DNA from: Gnetum montanum
Lineage: Eukaryota; Plantae; Gnetophyta
Direction: 5' to 3'
DNA: 64,000 bases
Assembly: GCA_015680685.1 (NCBI GenBank)
Contig: MNCI01002560.1
Location: forward strand, 595,496-659,495
How positions within the stretch are numbered: the first letter of the stretch is position 1; every line of letters begins with the position of its first letter. Of the stretch, positions 25,570 through 41,029 are shown piece after piece. A program made the translations under genes and the position numbers. The notes under the pieces are model-generated. The model was not told the origin of the DNA, searched no databases, and worked only from the letters and a program-made list of their open reading frames with translations.

Positions 25570-28500
25570 TGAGGATTACTGAACTTATAATGGGGGGATG
25601 AATAAATTCTAATTAAAAAATAATCAGCCAATGCACACACCAAATTTAACATGTTTTCCTAGCTTGGGTAGTCCACACTCAAATGATAGTTCAATAGGAT
25701 ACCTATGGATTTTGTTGCTTTGAAATGTGGTTTGAAGGACACTATACCCTACAAAAGATCTAAGCTTCACTTCAAAGTGATTCATTGCAACCAATCCACT
25801 CAACATCACAAGGTCTCAGAAAGCTTAGAATGTCATTTCTAGAATTTCACAACTTTTACAACTTAAGCACAACTTTGGAATGTTGTATTACAATACCAAC
25901 ACTTAATCCCATAGGATCATGAAAACCTCAAGGATGATTCCTTCTGTCAAGAAGCAAATCAACCCCAATGGAAAACAAGAAAGGAAAAAATAAATTACAA
26001 GGAAATGATGCAACTGATTTTTTGGTCCTTGTACTTTGAACCATAATACAATATAATCACTACAACAATACAAATGATGTTACAATGATATACATGAGTA
26101 CAATAGATTAGACAATGAAAGGTTAATTTAGAATATTCATAGTTACATGTATTCACTTGCACTATTCCCAAGAATTAATATCCTATTATAACTTTAAAGT
26201 TTCCAAAATCATCTCCGAATGTTTCCAATAGTCACTTAATAGCTGGTGTAGATGTCTACTTTGAGATTGAGATGTCTCTCTATATTTTTCCTCAATTCTA
26301 TGGAGATGTATGTTGTTTTTGGAAGATGTATATCATTTAAGTAAGATGTCTCTATGATGTCTCTTACAATGTCTCTAAGGAGATGCCTCTAGGAAGATGT
26401 CTCTTTTGTAGGGGCCAAAATGACACTAATTATTTTGATGCTAGAAGCCTCCAAATGCCTCCAAATAAGTCCCCATAGATCCTATAACCTCCTAGACTCA
26501 TCAAATTTATCCAAAAACACTCTAAGATATGTCAAAATGTCCAACAATCATCCCCAACAAAATCAACACAAATAGACACATTCAGCTTCCTTTCAATCTT
26601 TGGAAAATATTCATTTAGCTTTATTCTTCATTCTTGCCATTTCTCCCAATTTTTTATGAAGTCCTTATCCATGATATACATTATTATTTATGTCCTTATA
26701 GTCTCCATATTGAGATCTCTTTGTAGATGTCATTCTTGAGCTTTCATTCATGTTTTTCAAAACATCACAATCCACAACATTCTATGTTTCCCATGTTTCT
26801 TAGGGTTTTGACATACCACAAGGTCAACAATATTCCCTTTTTTGGTGATGTTTAAATCTTAAGAAAATGGATTAGTAGACATGAAAATATCCATAACTAT
26901 TTGCTCCATATTTTTTAGCAACATCAAAAAGGAGAAAGTGAAAACCTAACAAGTACCATAGGAGCAAATAAATTTGCATTAAGAGGTATCCCTTATCTAT
27001 AAACCACAACCGAGCCTTTCAACTAGTATACAAGAGAATTAAATTTTGAAATCCAAACTTTGACCCTTGAAGATCAAGTAATCTTCTTCTAAACCAATAA
27101 TTCATTAGTACCAAATAAACCAATATCTCATCACCCAATACTCTGGCACTTGTGAAACATCAACAAAAAGATAAAGAATATCACTTTCATCATAGGTGAG
27201 GAGAAACATGTGTATTCAAATTTTAAGAGAAAGAAACACATCTAATCATGCTAAATATATGAAAATATCAAACACAAGCAATCATATTTTTTTTTAAATC
27301 ATAAGCTAATATATGAAAATAATGTTGAAAGAAAAAATAGTATATACCTCTTTTCTTATTGAAAGAGATCATGAACACCTTGTCTAGTTCCAAATTATCA
27401 TTGTAAGTATTTAAGATCTCTAAAATGAGTACATCTCAACTTATATTTGCAAGAATGACATTAGAACATAAAATGGTACATTCTTAGCATACAAAAGGTT
27501 AGACATATAAATCCTTAACAAGAAGGTCATAAAGCAATTTATATATATCCATACCCATTTGAAATATCAACACCAATACATACATCACAAGGTAAAATGT
27601 TAAAAATATATCTTGAAAAAAATTAACTCACGCTTTTACCTTGGAAAGTTTACCATACACTAGAATGAATATTCCTTTTCTTGCTCATTTTTTGTTCTAG
27701 TTTTTGGAGTGGAAAGTCCTGCTACTTTAGTGTGTTTTCAAAAAAATCTCAAATAAATTCCCCTAGACTAGTGGCCTTTAAGATGATATCTGTTAATGAG
27801 GTATAGGCTTTCCCTACCCACATGCTTTTATTTCTTCCTAGTCTTTATGGTCATAATGCACCTATTGTAGAGAGATTTGTAACTCCTCTAATCATTTTAG
27901 GATCTTCATGTTACATTAAAATTCTAAGATCAATTGTGAAGACTAAAGTCTTCAATTAATGAAGATGCAAATATTTTTAAGATAATTAATAATAAATCCC
28001 TTCATATTTCATTAAAGGTGCCATACCAAATGCTTCAAACATCTTCTAAAAGTAATTGCACTTTAAGATTTTAGAGTGAACCAACAATGCATATCATATG
28101 GAACATAATGCATATATAAATGAATGATCAAGAAAAAGCCTTTGATCCATGAATTGTAATAAAAAATTTTAACATACTTGAAACCAATACATTCTATTTA
28201 GGAGCATGATTTATTAACAAGAACTTTACAAGTATCACAAGAAAGGAATTAAAAGGAATTGTAAGATCAAAAATTTTTCTTGAATTTTGAAAGATTTCCA
28301 ATAGCTTTTTACAAAATTAAATTAATCTAGACTAATATCATAATGCCAAGGAATAATAATTATACCTATACATACGATTACTTACCTTGCTTCTTGATGG
28401 AGAATGGAGGTCTCTACCAAGCTTGAGAATGATATTTCTCTTTTGAGGTTTCTCTTCTCACATAGACTTCTCAAATTTTCAAGGCTTTACTCCCTTTTCA

Positions 28501-30487
28501 AATTAGTTGGATAGTGTCTTTTCAATTTCAAGTTCCTTCCTCTTGATTCTTCAAAATTTTTGAACTTCTTTGTTCTTTTGAGTTGTTTATTCTTTCTTGA
28601 GTCCTCTCTAATTTGTTTTTCTATCCTTTTTACCTTATGAAAAATCATTTGTAGGCACATTCGAATATGAACAAGGTGTCCTATGATATGACCAAGTGAA
28701 CATGTGATAATAGTCTAAATTTCACTCCCATTTCTTATGCCCAAATTTATGACAATAATAAAATCTCACTTTCCTATAGTAGTTAAACTAATCAAACCTT
28801 AGAGCTACTCTTTAGTGTAGCCTTTAGTTAAGATGAAGTTGGTGTAGATGCTTCTTCTTATGTACAACATCTAGGCCCACTCTTATCATGTGGATTTCTT
28901 CCTTGTCTTACAACCATATGAAGGAACTCCTTTCCTTTGACCGACCTCTCCTTTACAAGTTTAGCATCTGCTAGTTCTTTCTTAACCTAATCATTAAACT
29001 TGGGGAGTTTTTCATTCTCAAGCCTAAGGTCTGAGGTTTCGTTTGTGAGGGCTAAAACATTTAAATTTAATGAAGATATTTCTTGATCCTTGCCTTCTTT
29101 TTGTTTGCTCAAAATACTTTGATACCAATTTTTAAATTCATCATCTATGGAGCTAATATCATCATCTATGAGAGACATATAGATGAGATGTTAATTCTTT
29201 GCATCATCCTTCTACTCTTTATCATCCCAACTCAAGTAGAAGTTGGTCTTTCTCATTGCCTCATCATTTCTATCCTTTCACTATAACCTACCATTACTAG
29301 GACATTCAAAGACCACATGACCTCTTCCACCACATACAAAGCATTCTATTTAAGATGAATCAAAATTAGAAGTTAAAATATTGTTACCTCTTTCCTTACC
29401 TTTGAAGCTCTTACTCATCTACTCAATCACATTGGTTAGTTTTTGAATCTTAGCCTTAAGGTTTGAGTTCTCTTTCTTGAGATAAAAAAATTTATCATTA
29501 AGAACTTTAATTTTTGTTTCCTTGACATTTAAAGAATCTTTTTTCCCAATGCATAAATTTTAAAAAGAAAGAACATTATGGAAAAATATCACATATCTTT
29601 CTTTAAAGGAAACATCATTTAGATTGTCATGAGTTTTATCAACTTTACAAGCATATTTTCCTTTATTTCTAAATGTAAATAAGGGAATGAGAGACTTAAC
29701 TTTACAACAAATGTAATATAGAAATTAAGCATAAGAATTGAAGAAGCACATTCATGCCTTTGTCTAGATGTGTACAATGTTGATAGCCCCTTCCATGTTC
29801 ACTCTTGAAGATTGATGTAGAGAATAAGAATACCAGGCTTTGATACCACTTGAGGATCATTGAACTTAGAAAATGGGGATGAATAAGTTTCAATAATTAA
29901 AAAATAATCAGCCAATGCACACACCAAATTTAATGTGCTTCCCCAACTTGGGTAGTTCACACTCAAAGTGTAGTTCACTAGCACACCTCCAACTTAGGAG
30001 ACATGTCTACAACATTTCTTATGATTTCTTTGAGGAGATGTGTCTAGGAAGACGTCTCTTTTGTGAGGGCAAAAAATGAAACTATTCATTTTGATGTTGG
30101 GATCCTTTAGATGCCTCCAAATAGGTTACCATAGATCCTATAACCTTCTAGAATTATCAAAATGAGTGAAAAACATTCCAAAATGTGTCAAAACATCCAA
30201 GAATCATCCATAAAAAAATCAACACAAACAAACACATTTAGCTTCCTTTCAATCATTGGAAAATCTTTATTTAGCTTTCGTCTTTGTTCTTTCCCTTACT
30301 CACATTTTTCTTATGATGTCCTTATCTATGATATCCATGCGTCTTTGAGTCTTTGTAGTCTCCATATTGAGATATCTTTGTAGATGTTATTTCTTGAGTT
30401 TTTATTCATGTCTTTCAAAACATCACAATCCTCAACATTTTATGTTTTCCATTTTTCTTAAGGTTTTGACATACCAAAATGTCAAAA
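25570..30487 (-). mobile_element. Non-autonomous SIRE/Maximus-like Ty1/Copia element
   Basis: LTRs at 25570-26829 and 29851-30487 (the latter internally deleted). tRNA-Met-type PBS TGGTATCAAAGCC at 29836-29848. PPT at ~26832-26845. TSD ACGTA (25565-69) / ATGTA (30488-92). GGGGATGAATA near the LTR end. Confidence 0.85.
28650..29800 (-). pseudogene. Decayed Copia gag-like region with zinc-knuckle remnant
   Basis: Minus-strand YYCHKFGHKKWE (~28725-28765) and a coiled-coil-like ORF at 28987-29178. No RT or integrase motifs seen between the LTRs. Confidence 0.55.
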
Positions 30488-31749
30488 ATGTATACCTATT
30501 ACATGCTTGCATACCTTCATTGCAAGTAGTCCATGGGCACTATGGATGATGAATAAATGTTTTAAGCCAAATTCCATATCCAATGAAGGAATTGTTCCTA
30601 ATGTTAGGCTATCTAGAAAAAAAATAATCAATCTATCATGATATGAGATAGTTAGGTGATAGAAAATGAAGTAAAGAAATGATATAGAGAGAGAATGGTG
30701 GGTGGATAATGTACATCCTAGTCACATGAGATTCTTGGTAAAAATTATAATTAAGATGATCTAATACTAGTCCATCCCATGTCTAGATCATGTACATTCA
30801 ATTATAGTAACCTTGCATTGATATTCCTGCACTTTGACCATCACACATTCATACTAAACCAAAAGGAAAATCATCACTCCAAGAGAAGAAGAAAAAAGAA
30901 GACAAAAATAGGTAGGGCCTTAGATAGAGGGATGATTTTAGGCATGGGTAACATGTATTTCTAGGCTCATAACTAATGCTTGTAGCCCAATATTATGTCA
31001 AATTTTCATTACTATTATTTTTTTATGGGAATAAAAACATGCAAAGACATGATTTCTTTTTATGGTTGATAATAGGATTGATGATATATCAGTGGAGAAT
31101 CATAGAATTTAAGAAGAAATTTGAGAGAAGAACACATTGAATTTCCTTGAGATCATGCCCTTTTCATTCCCACTTGGTCTTTTTCTAATTCATTAGGATA
31201 CAAGATCATTTGTTACTTTTAGTTATAATGTGAAAGAACCTTCATGCTTTCATGATATAGATTTACCATGGAACAAATGAAATGGGTGGATGTCATAACT
31301 CATAGCTTGATACCACTAGAAAATTGACATATTGTTAGTAGTGAACATAATCCAAGGATAAAATTCATCCTTTTGGTTAATCAATCATAACATTGATAGC
31401 TATCTTGAATAAATTTCTAAAAGTTTTAGTAATACTGAACAAAATCAGATATTTCCAAAAAAACTAAATATAATTAATAAAGAAGAAAAGTAAAGAAATG
31501 AACGTATATAAAATAATCAATAAAATATAAAAAATGAAAAATATGTAAAGAATGTTGTTGAAAAAAATAAAAAGTTGGATATCCTCATCAATATGTTATC
31601 ATGGATCGCCATTTGCCCCACAACTATGTTGAGAGAAGGACATGTGAAAACTAGAGTATGCTTATTCTTATGTAGAGGTGATAGTTTTGCTAGTTACTTA
31701 AGGCTCTAGGAAAGAGTTAAGTTTCTATACATTGAATATTGTATGTTTT

Positions 31750-34700
31750 TGAGAAATGGTTGAGTGATAAATTATCATGACCCTAGAAGAAAATGTTGAA
31801 TGAATGATGTAATATCCTTCACATAACATTTGGAATTTAGTGCATTATGGCATATGCATGGGATTCTAGTAAAGAACCTTATCATTAAGTTGAAATATAA
31901 CTTTTCTATCCATCCATCATGAATTTGTTTGTTATGTGCCTTGTGTACTTCATTTCTCATTAGAATTATTTTTTAGTTCTCATATAGCATATTGAATGTC
32001 ATAAGATACTTTTTTGGACTAGATTAATATTTAGGCTAAGCTCATGGGTTGTTGCAAGTGTACAAAGTTTAGATTGATTAAAAGTCTAGATAACTTTCCA
32101 TATACTAACTCAGAGGAAAAGTAGCATATAGGAAGTTTTTAGATTAAACAATATCACCAAAATAGCATCGTTAAGTTTGGTACTCCAATCTTTCCTATAT
32201 CTACTTATAGTTCATGCTAGAATTCTAGTTATCTCTATATCAGTAACCTTAGCTTGACCACTGGCTTGGAAGTGACAAGGGGTTATAATTTTATGTTGTA
32301 CCTTAAATAATTACATTAATTTTCAAAAAATAGACCTTATGAGATGTTTTCCATTGTCCAAAATTAACGTTATTAGTACACCAAACCTATTTACCACATG
32401 TTTTTGAACAAACAAAGATGCAGTGATAGATGTACAATTCAATACAGCTACAACTTTATCCCATATTGTATAATAGTCCATAGTAAATATGATGTAGGTC
32501 TTTCCATTTAACATGGAAGCAATGGATTTCAGAAAGTTAATTTTCCAAAGATCAAAAGCCTCTAGTAGTTAGATCCATTTTTGGGATCTTTCATTCATAT
32601 GATTATTTGTCCATCTCATTACCCTTACTTACATGAATAGTAGAAATAGTGAGCATTTCTAAAGATTGTTTGTGAAAAGTATCCTACCATGACCTTTGTA
32701 TATTTCTTCCTTCCTATGTAGTTGTCCCCACAAGAACCCTCATGAGCATCTTGGAGGATTCATGGCTAATTTGCATTAGGCACATAGCATCAAACTAAGA
32801 CATTGACACAAACCTTGTCAAGGAAACATTGAATCTCCATGTAATGCTCCAATGAAGAAACTATTATTCCTTCTTACTATTCCATTCTATGGAAGTCTCC
32901 TATATGAGAAGATAGGATAGGAATTCATAATACCAAATGGCAACATTTTTTCCTTGAATTTCAATAGATTTAGTAAAGAGAAGTTCATTTGGAAATTAAT
33001 TAGATAAGGGTTCTCTATCATTCTTGCTATTCCATCTCAACTAAGATAAATGATAACAACTATGCTCTCAGTTCCTATCCTGTTCACTAAGATAAGGTCA
33101 ACTACTTGCTTGTTCATTAGAAAGTGAATTACATTGTAGTTGATATGTACAAAAATTGGGTATCCAAGCACATAGTGGCTAAGTTTTTCTAAAGTATACA
33201 CTACTACCATCAGTTCTTTCTTTGTGGTGGTGTAGTTAAGTTATGCATACACAATGCATTCTTCTTGCACAATGGATGCAATAGTGATGTTTATGATCAT
33301 TCATTTATGTAAGCATCACTCCCAAAGCATAGTTAGATGCATCTATAATTATATAAAATGGTATAGACCAATTTGGGACATGTATAATTTGAGTTCTATG
33401 AGCTTTTTCTTTAAATTCTAAAATGATCATTGACCTTCCTAAGTCAATTCAGAGACTGCATCATTCTTTGTAAGCTACACTAGTAATTTGGAAATTTTAG
33501 AGAAATTTTCTATGAAGCATTTATAGTACCTAGTGTGACCCTAGTGATTTGGCAATTTTAGAGAAATTTTCTATAAAGAATTACCTTATATCTTTTCATA
33601 TTTTCTAGTTATTTCTTGGATTACCCTTACTTTTTTAGGTTTCATCTTAATCTCCTTTTTTAAAATCTACTACCCCAATATAATGCCATCTTGAACAATC
33701 AAATGGCTCTTCTACTAGTTGAGCTATAGTTTCACCTTTATAATTTATTTTAGAACTTGCTTAACATGCTCCAATTATTATTCAAAGTTAGTACCATAAG
33801 TGGAGAAGTCATTCATTAAGACTTTCATACTACTACAAATTTGCTACTAAAATTTTCTTAGAACTAGGCATTAAAAAGTTGTACGAGCATTACAAAGTCC
33901 AAATGGCATTTTGTTATATGTAAAAGTTCCCTAGGGACTTTTGAAACTTATCTTGGCCTAGTTTTTTAGTGTGATTTAAATTTTTCTATAGCCACTATAA
34001 CCATCTAGAAAATCATAATAATTATTTCGTACAATGGTATCCAAAACCTAATTCACAAATGGTAATGGAAAGTGATCTTTAAATGTAGCCATGTTTAATA
34101 GCTTGAATTCTATATAGACTCTTAATTTTCCTTCTTTCTATGGTACAATAAGGAGTGGGGTTACCCACTCACTTTCTACTATAATATAGATTAATCTTAG
34201 CATATGAAGTAATTCAACATCATCTTTAATAACTTGCTTATGCTTTGGATTCAATATCCTCTATGGATTCCTCCTTGGCTTGATAAAGGAGTCTATATAG
34301 ATTTAGTATTGGCATATGCATAGATTTATCTATTCAACTCATGATATGATTTGGAAAACACTATTGAGCATCTATTCATAAATTTTAGAAAATTTCTTTC
34401 CTATTCTTTTGCGAGATTGACATTAATAATTACTAGCTTATCATTATCAAGGAAAACATATTCCAGTATTTTTGGTAAAGTCTTAAGTTCAAAAGGATTG
34501 TATTTAAAATGATCAAGAATTTTTAACTATCCCCAATTAATTTTTGCTTCCTTGTGAAAGAGTTGGTTATGAATCTACTCCATTTCATTGATGTTGTTAA
34601 TATAAGCACTTATGAGAAGCTTCATTAGTTCCATTCATATTGTTGAATCCAGGATATCATTTGCTATCAGTCACTAGGTACCTTCATATTTGATGCTTAT

Positions 34701-35300
34701 TGCATATAGGTACCTTTAAATGTTTGAGGTCTTAGCATACTTATTGTATGCTATGAAGGATATATTGTTTATGGCTCATATTTTCATCATGCAATCGCAT
34801 CCTATGTCACTGTATATAATGCTTGAAAATCATTTCTTCTCTAATTTTCTAAAGTTATTCTCCTTTGAGATTTTCAAAGAAAGATATTTAATCCCCATCT
34901 TAGCATTAATTATGTTGAGCTAAGACTTATCATGATAATAGGAAATACTCCTTTACAAGTATTCACATGGATTACCAAGAAATTTGCTGGATATCACTAA
35001 TCACAAATGGTGATTATAATATCCTTCATCAATCACAAAGTAATAGTAATGGATTGATCTACAAGCTCCAATATGGTATTGCATTTTTGAGTGGAGGCTA
35101 GTTTTAAGTCCTATACATCTCTTATGTAATAAAATTCACCTAGAACTTGAGTCTAGTAGATCCTTACATGGATCATTTCTTATAATCTATACATAAACTA
35201 AGTGACTTCTAGGATTAGATCTTTTCCTGGGAAGATACACTACATTGATCTAATCTATTACTGCATGAGTCAAAATGATACTATAAACATTTAGGAACTT
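31750..35300 (-). pseudogene. Decayed Athila-like pol (PR-RT-RNaseH-IN)
   Basis: Minus-strand RT motifs KDHFPLPF (~34057-34081), FLDGYSGY (~33988-34011) and LMNDFSTYG (~33793-33820). Integrase RFGVLITLILDNGKHL (32323-32514). Gypsy domain order, many stops. Confidence 0.9.
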
Positions 35301-35399
35301 ATAATTTGAAGGGTACCTGATGGTAACTTTAGAATAAAATGATGCAAGGTTTGTAACCATAGATTTCTATGAGGGTTTAGCTGGACTCTTTGGTATGAA

Positions 35400-36900
35400 G
35401 AAAGTCCTCTTTCAAGGCTTACGCTCAAAATCACTTGGATTGTCATCCAACTATAAATTCATGATCATCACTACATTTTTTTTGTTGGGATTGTGGTGAA
35501 TTTTTCACTTGCATAGGTGGTGTGGATGGCAATGGAGTATTAGAGGGTATAAGATAAGTTAGTGAATATGGAGTATGATTAGTGGGAGAAGACTCAGTTT
35601 ATTAAGCAAGTGTTCTATGATATTTTAGGGGATAGAAGCAATGGAAGAAAGAAGTATGGCTTACAATGTGACAAGGATATACAAGTTATTGGACATAATA
35701 TCCATATGGGTCCAGCTTCTAATAAGGATATTACTACTACAGTGGTAGCATGCCTCATGACTATGGATTTTACCATTACTGATAATGTTCTCAAGGTTTA
35801 GGTGGTATTCCATTTGGGTTATATTATGATAAGTGAAACTATTATTAATAATTGTGGTGTCAATAAGGTAATCTCTTGGGTGATTGAATTTTTGCCAATC
35901 TTGGATTAAAGGCATATATCCCATATTCTTGTAGATGTTACGTTACCAGAAAGCATCCCTTACAATATTCGTATTGAAAAATGCTACATCCTTCATCATC
36001 TATTTCTAAATCTACAACCTCATCAATTGTTGTAGCCTTACTTTATTACTAATAATAATTCCTACCTTTATTCCTTCTTCTTATTTTATCTCTATCTCTA
36101 TTCCTCTTTTCCTTTTTCTTCTTCATAATTTTAAGATCAATTTGGAACTTCTTATTTAAGGAGTCCAACATTTTATCCATCCTAGTTGATATTTCTATAA
36201 TATATTTTGAATTAACAAGTTTTTTCTTTGCACTACTTCATCTAGTAGTAATTTCTCATTTAAATCATAGAAACATACCTTACTTTTGTAAATGTAGGGA
36301 TCTCTATTATATTCCTTTGCACTCTCTCATTTTTTATGCTCTCATTATTCCTTTGCCACTCAATTAATTATCCTTTGAACATGATGGACTCTCATTTTTG
36401 ACAATCTCCCTTGGGCATAAATCCCAAGAGTTTCTCTACTTTTGTTTTAGAGTCCATCTACTATGTGGGGAAGTTTTTCTGTTCAAGAAAATTCATGGCC
36501 TTAGCATCAATGTAAGAGAGAGTAATACTATCCAAGGATACATCCAAGGATTCATGATTATCTTGTTTTCATCCTTGGATTTATTCTATTAGGTTAGAAA
36601 TCCTAAAGTACATATAGTACTTATCATTAAATAGCTCTAGCATTATACTTTATCTATGAATGAAGTTCAGCTTCAAGGATTGGTAGCCACTTTTAGCTTC
36701 TTCGATTATTATCCTTGGGAATAGTTTGAGTTTCTACCATTTGTGGCCTCTTCTTTATTGTGCCAAAATTGATATGTTTCACCCAAATACTGTTCTTCAC
36801 TATCCCATAGGATAGGCCATAGTGGAGATCCCTTAAGTAGATCCTTGATTGGTTTAGGGGAAAATTCAGTAAAAGGCCCAAAATAAAGTTCCACACTCAC
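35400..36900 (-). pseudogene. Decayed Athila-like gag
   Basis: Upstream of pol. Homologous to the gag remnants at 40300-41030 and 45500-46330. Confidence 0.7.
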
Positions 36901-39900
36901 GATAGAGTATGTGGACCTTTCCTAAATGGCTTGAACACATTCTAGGAACAATGTGAGGTGTTTTCGGTGTTCTAGTGCCTTGACCTCTCCACCTTGTACT
37001 TGGCTAGATTGTGCAATGACAAGAGTTTCTTGATAGATGCTAAATTATTATGCCTCCTACTTTGCATGCTCTACATGATGTCCTTAGCCTTTGCCTCCTC
37101 TTGGGCATTTGGTTGCACCTTAAGAAGGTCCTTCCTACTATCTTATTTTAGGAGCCATATGTAATCACACAAGGACCAATTGTTAGTAAGGTTATTTAAA
37201 GAAATTTAGTTCTCTTATACCTTACTGATTACCTCTAATAATTGTCTAATTATTTTCTTAGTGTGATTATAGAGTTGGAATTTTTTCAAGGAAGTTGTCC
37301 AAAAAGTTTAATGTTATACCTGATCTATTTAGGTGACTCATATAATAACTTAGATGACTTAGGTGAAGAGAGAAAATTAGTTTGGCATGAATTTCTAATA
37401 GTACTTACCCCTATGATATCCTTTAGGTGAAAGAAAATTTTAAAAAAAATTATGCACAAGTTCTATAGTACCCCTCCCCCACAACTAAGTTGAACACTTC
37501 AACTTTAATTAGGTTCAATAAAAAAAGAAATTGGAGTGTCAAAGAAAAAAATATTGGAAGTTAAATTTAGACTTGAAAAGCTCTAAAAATTGTGGGAGAA
37601 AATTTAAAAAACTCCCCCTGTGTCAACTGTTGAAAATGACATGTGTAGTGCATGGGGGTCTCCTATATATTCTTTTTATGAACATGATATCATGTACATG
37701 ATAGTGTGTACCCAATATCGCATCAAACCCAATACTGGGTACCCAATATCGCATCCCAACCAAGATAGAGTACTTAGTAGAATTGATGATTATTCAAGTT
37801 TTTAGGGCCAAAATTGAAGAATTTAAGGTAGATCCAAAAGGTTTGGGGTAATGGAAAGTGGGAATTGATGTACCGAAAGTGTAATGAACTGGAGTCATAC
37901 AATGAAGTTCCTTGAAAAGGATGAGGAAAAATGGCATGTAATGGTTCTAAGGAATGTTCAAGTAAAATGATGACAAAGAAAAGAATAGATTTGGCAATGG
38001 AGTATTTGGAGGATATAAAATGATGTGGTGGTGTGCAACAAGTAAAAATTACAAAAGTCATGTAAGTGGGTCCTTCCCAAAGTAGATTCCAACCTATCAT
38101 TCACTTGCATAACCACACCTTAAAATGTCTGTAGGCACTAGAAGGGTTAAATGAAACTTGCACCTATGTAACAAAACACACACATGTTAAACACTACCAC
38201 TTTGAGGTATGAATTCTATCCCACACAAGACACAAGTTAGAAGTATCTAGACTGTAAGACGAGATTTATTGTAGAAGGAATTATAGAAATCGGGATGTGA
38301 GGTAACATACCCTAGGCATAATGAATCCTAAGTGTTATGTAGGATTAAAGTACCATTATCTTTCCACAAAACAATTTCATACCTTTGATTAGTGGCATCA
38401 CATTATTTCATTCGAATGATAAACAACTATAAGAGCATCATGATAGCAAGGTGTATGATCACATGGTGCTTTGTGCAAAGGAGGAGTGATTTAAATTTTT
38501 TTGACTCATTTTTCTTGTGCTTTTCTTTTCTGCTCCACTTCTTTCTTTTCTTCTTTGCTTTATTCTTCTTCTAGTCCCTTTTGCACTTGGTCCTTTCCAA
38601 AGGTGATCTAGAGAAGCCACCAACCTTCAAGCATGGATGCACATCTTTCTAGTTGGAACCTCCCCCCCCCCCCCCCCCACCCAACCGCNNNNNNNNNNNN
38701 NNNNNNNNNNGCCTTTATTACAACTCTTACTACCATAATTTGTTAGATCTACAAGGATCTTAGTACAACCAAGCTGTGTGATAGCACATATAGATGTTAC
38801 CAAAGAGAATCCACAAGTTCCCTTGATGTCACACCCTTACCATTCCCTCTTAGTTTGTCACTCTTCACTCTAGACATAATGAGTACAAAGTTACTTTAAG
38901 TTTTAATGATAACAGAATATCATCATACGCAAAGCAAGAACCTCTTATTAATAGAATGGGTGGGTGGATGTTGTAGGCTCACTATCCAAATAATTAGTCA
39001 CTTGTAACTCAATAACATAGAACAATGCCTCAATCAATTAGTTACATGAGTATTTTATTCATAGATGAGATTACCCTCAAAAAATAAAACAATAAATTGA
39101 AAAATGAAAAATTAGAAAACAAAAAATTGTAAAACCAAAGAAAAGGAAAAACATTTACTAATTTTGCTTGTTAGAATGGGAGGTATCCCCCATGACTAAA
39201 CCTTTGATCATGGCAATAATTAATAAATGGAAAGTTAGGATGCATGCATGTTGGAAATATTTGGGTCCAATCATATCCAAACCACTGGGTGTATTTTGGT
39301 GTAGTGACAAGAATGTACAAAAATTGGGATTCACACACTTGATTAAAGTAGTAATAGTGGGGTAAATTATAAGACATGCTCATGTGATAAGAACTAACCC
39401 ACTATGGCACCCTTGATCAGAAGATGGTATGCAAGGATCGATATGTCTTCTCACGTTGTTATATTCAATGGGCCACATGGCTGTTGGAGTATTAATTGGT
39501 GGCTTGGATAAGGTAACAAGAGGTTTTGAGTTTGAAGAGGAAGGTGCACATGGTGTTGGTCTTGTTTTGAGTTGGAGGTGCAGTGGTTTTAGGATTGTGC
39601 TATCTCTTTCTATAGCCATGCCTAAAGAAAATATGCTTTTGATGTTGTGGAGATCTCCCACTACTATTGATAGTAGCTACACAAGTAATGTTCATTGGTT
39701 GATGCTGTGGTGCAAAACATTTTGGTACAACTAGTGGTGATGTAGAAGGAGGTGAAGGAGGAGAATATTAAGAGTAAGGAGGAGTGTAAGGAACATGAGG
39801 TGGTGATCCTGTAGGATAGGACATAAGGTGAAGTAGAGGATTTTGATCTAGTTGGAGAAACAGGGTGTTCAATATAATAAGCATTTGGTTTCAGGTGATA

Positions 39901-40669
39901 CAAAGGGTGTGGCCAATTTGGTGATGGCCTCCCCCATGACTAGGTGTTTTGCCACTACAGTTGAGCGTAATACTTCTATATAAAATCTAGATGTAACATT
40001 CTTCTCCAATGCTCATGTAGATGTGACAAGATTGGGCATTGGCCTTTTGGGTGATTGTACAAGCAAACATCACATTGATACTTATGATTTGTGGTTGAGC
40101 CCCTATCCTCATGTTCTTTAATCCTTCTTTCTGATTGTTGAATGGTGTTCTATCCTATTTCTAAGTTTGGTATCCTCTATTTTTTTTTGGTCATCAAGGT
40201 TATCTTGAATTGATCTCTTTCTAATAATATTTTCATATTCTCCACATTTTTCATCTACTTACTCCATCATCTTATTGATCCTTGCCTCGATTTCATCTAG
40301 TGATTTTAGTATTGGCAAAGGTGGGGATGGTTTTACCTCCTCAAGATGAGTTGATTTCTCCTCTTCATGATTATGGACCTCTGTTATTTCAAGAGTTTGT
40401 TCCTATTGAGATTTTTTAACATTCTCCCATTTCACTATTTCTCCTTCTTCTTTTGCTAGCTAGTTAATAAGCTCTTGGAATTGATGGATTTATAGTTCAT
40501 ATAATTGACTTGGGCCATACATTCCTAGCATCTCCCTTGTTTCATTACAGAGCCTATCCATGATGTGATACATTAGTCTTTGCTCAAAGAAACCATGGCT
40601 TGGGCATTTGTGTAATAAAGAGTAATATCTTTCTAAGGCCATGTCTAAGGGTTCATGTTTCCCTTGTTT

Positions 40670-41029
40670 TCACTCTTGGATTTGTCTCCTCAAGGATGAC
40701 ACTCTCGCATAGGTTTGATATCTTTTATTGAAGAGGTTTACCATTGTAGGCCAACAGTGAATTGAATTCAGTTTTAAAGACTTGTACAAAACTTTTGCTT
40801 GGCCAACGAGTGTCCTAGGGAAGAACTTAAGCCTTTTCCACCCATTTTCAATGTTGTTCCATACATAGGCATTATAGAAAGCTTGTAAATGATGTTGTAG
40901 ATCTAAATCATAGCCTCCTAAGAACTTAGAAAAGTTTTTTAAATCAAGCCTAGGTAGATGGCTTTTCTTGTGATGCCTACAAGATATCTGAATGGCCTTT
41001 ATTATATGCATTAAGCTCTTAGTGGCCAA
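40670..41029 (-). pseudogene. Retrotransposon gag domain fragment
   Basis: KFLGGYDLDLQHHLQAF...RLKFFPRTLVGQAKVLYKSLKLNSIHCWPTMVNLFNKRY is a typical Retrotrans_gag signature. Confidence 0.85.

Noticed and set aside
38659-38710. Poly-C run
   Set aside because: Adjacent to a gap, so likely low-quality sequence at a contig end.
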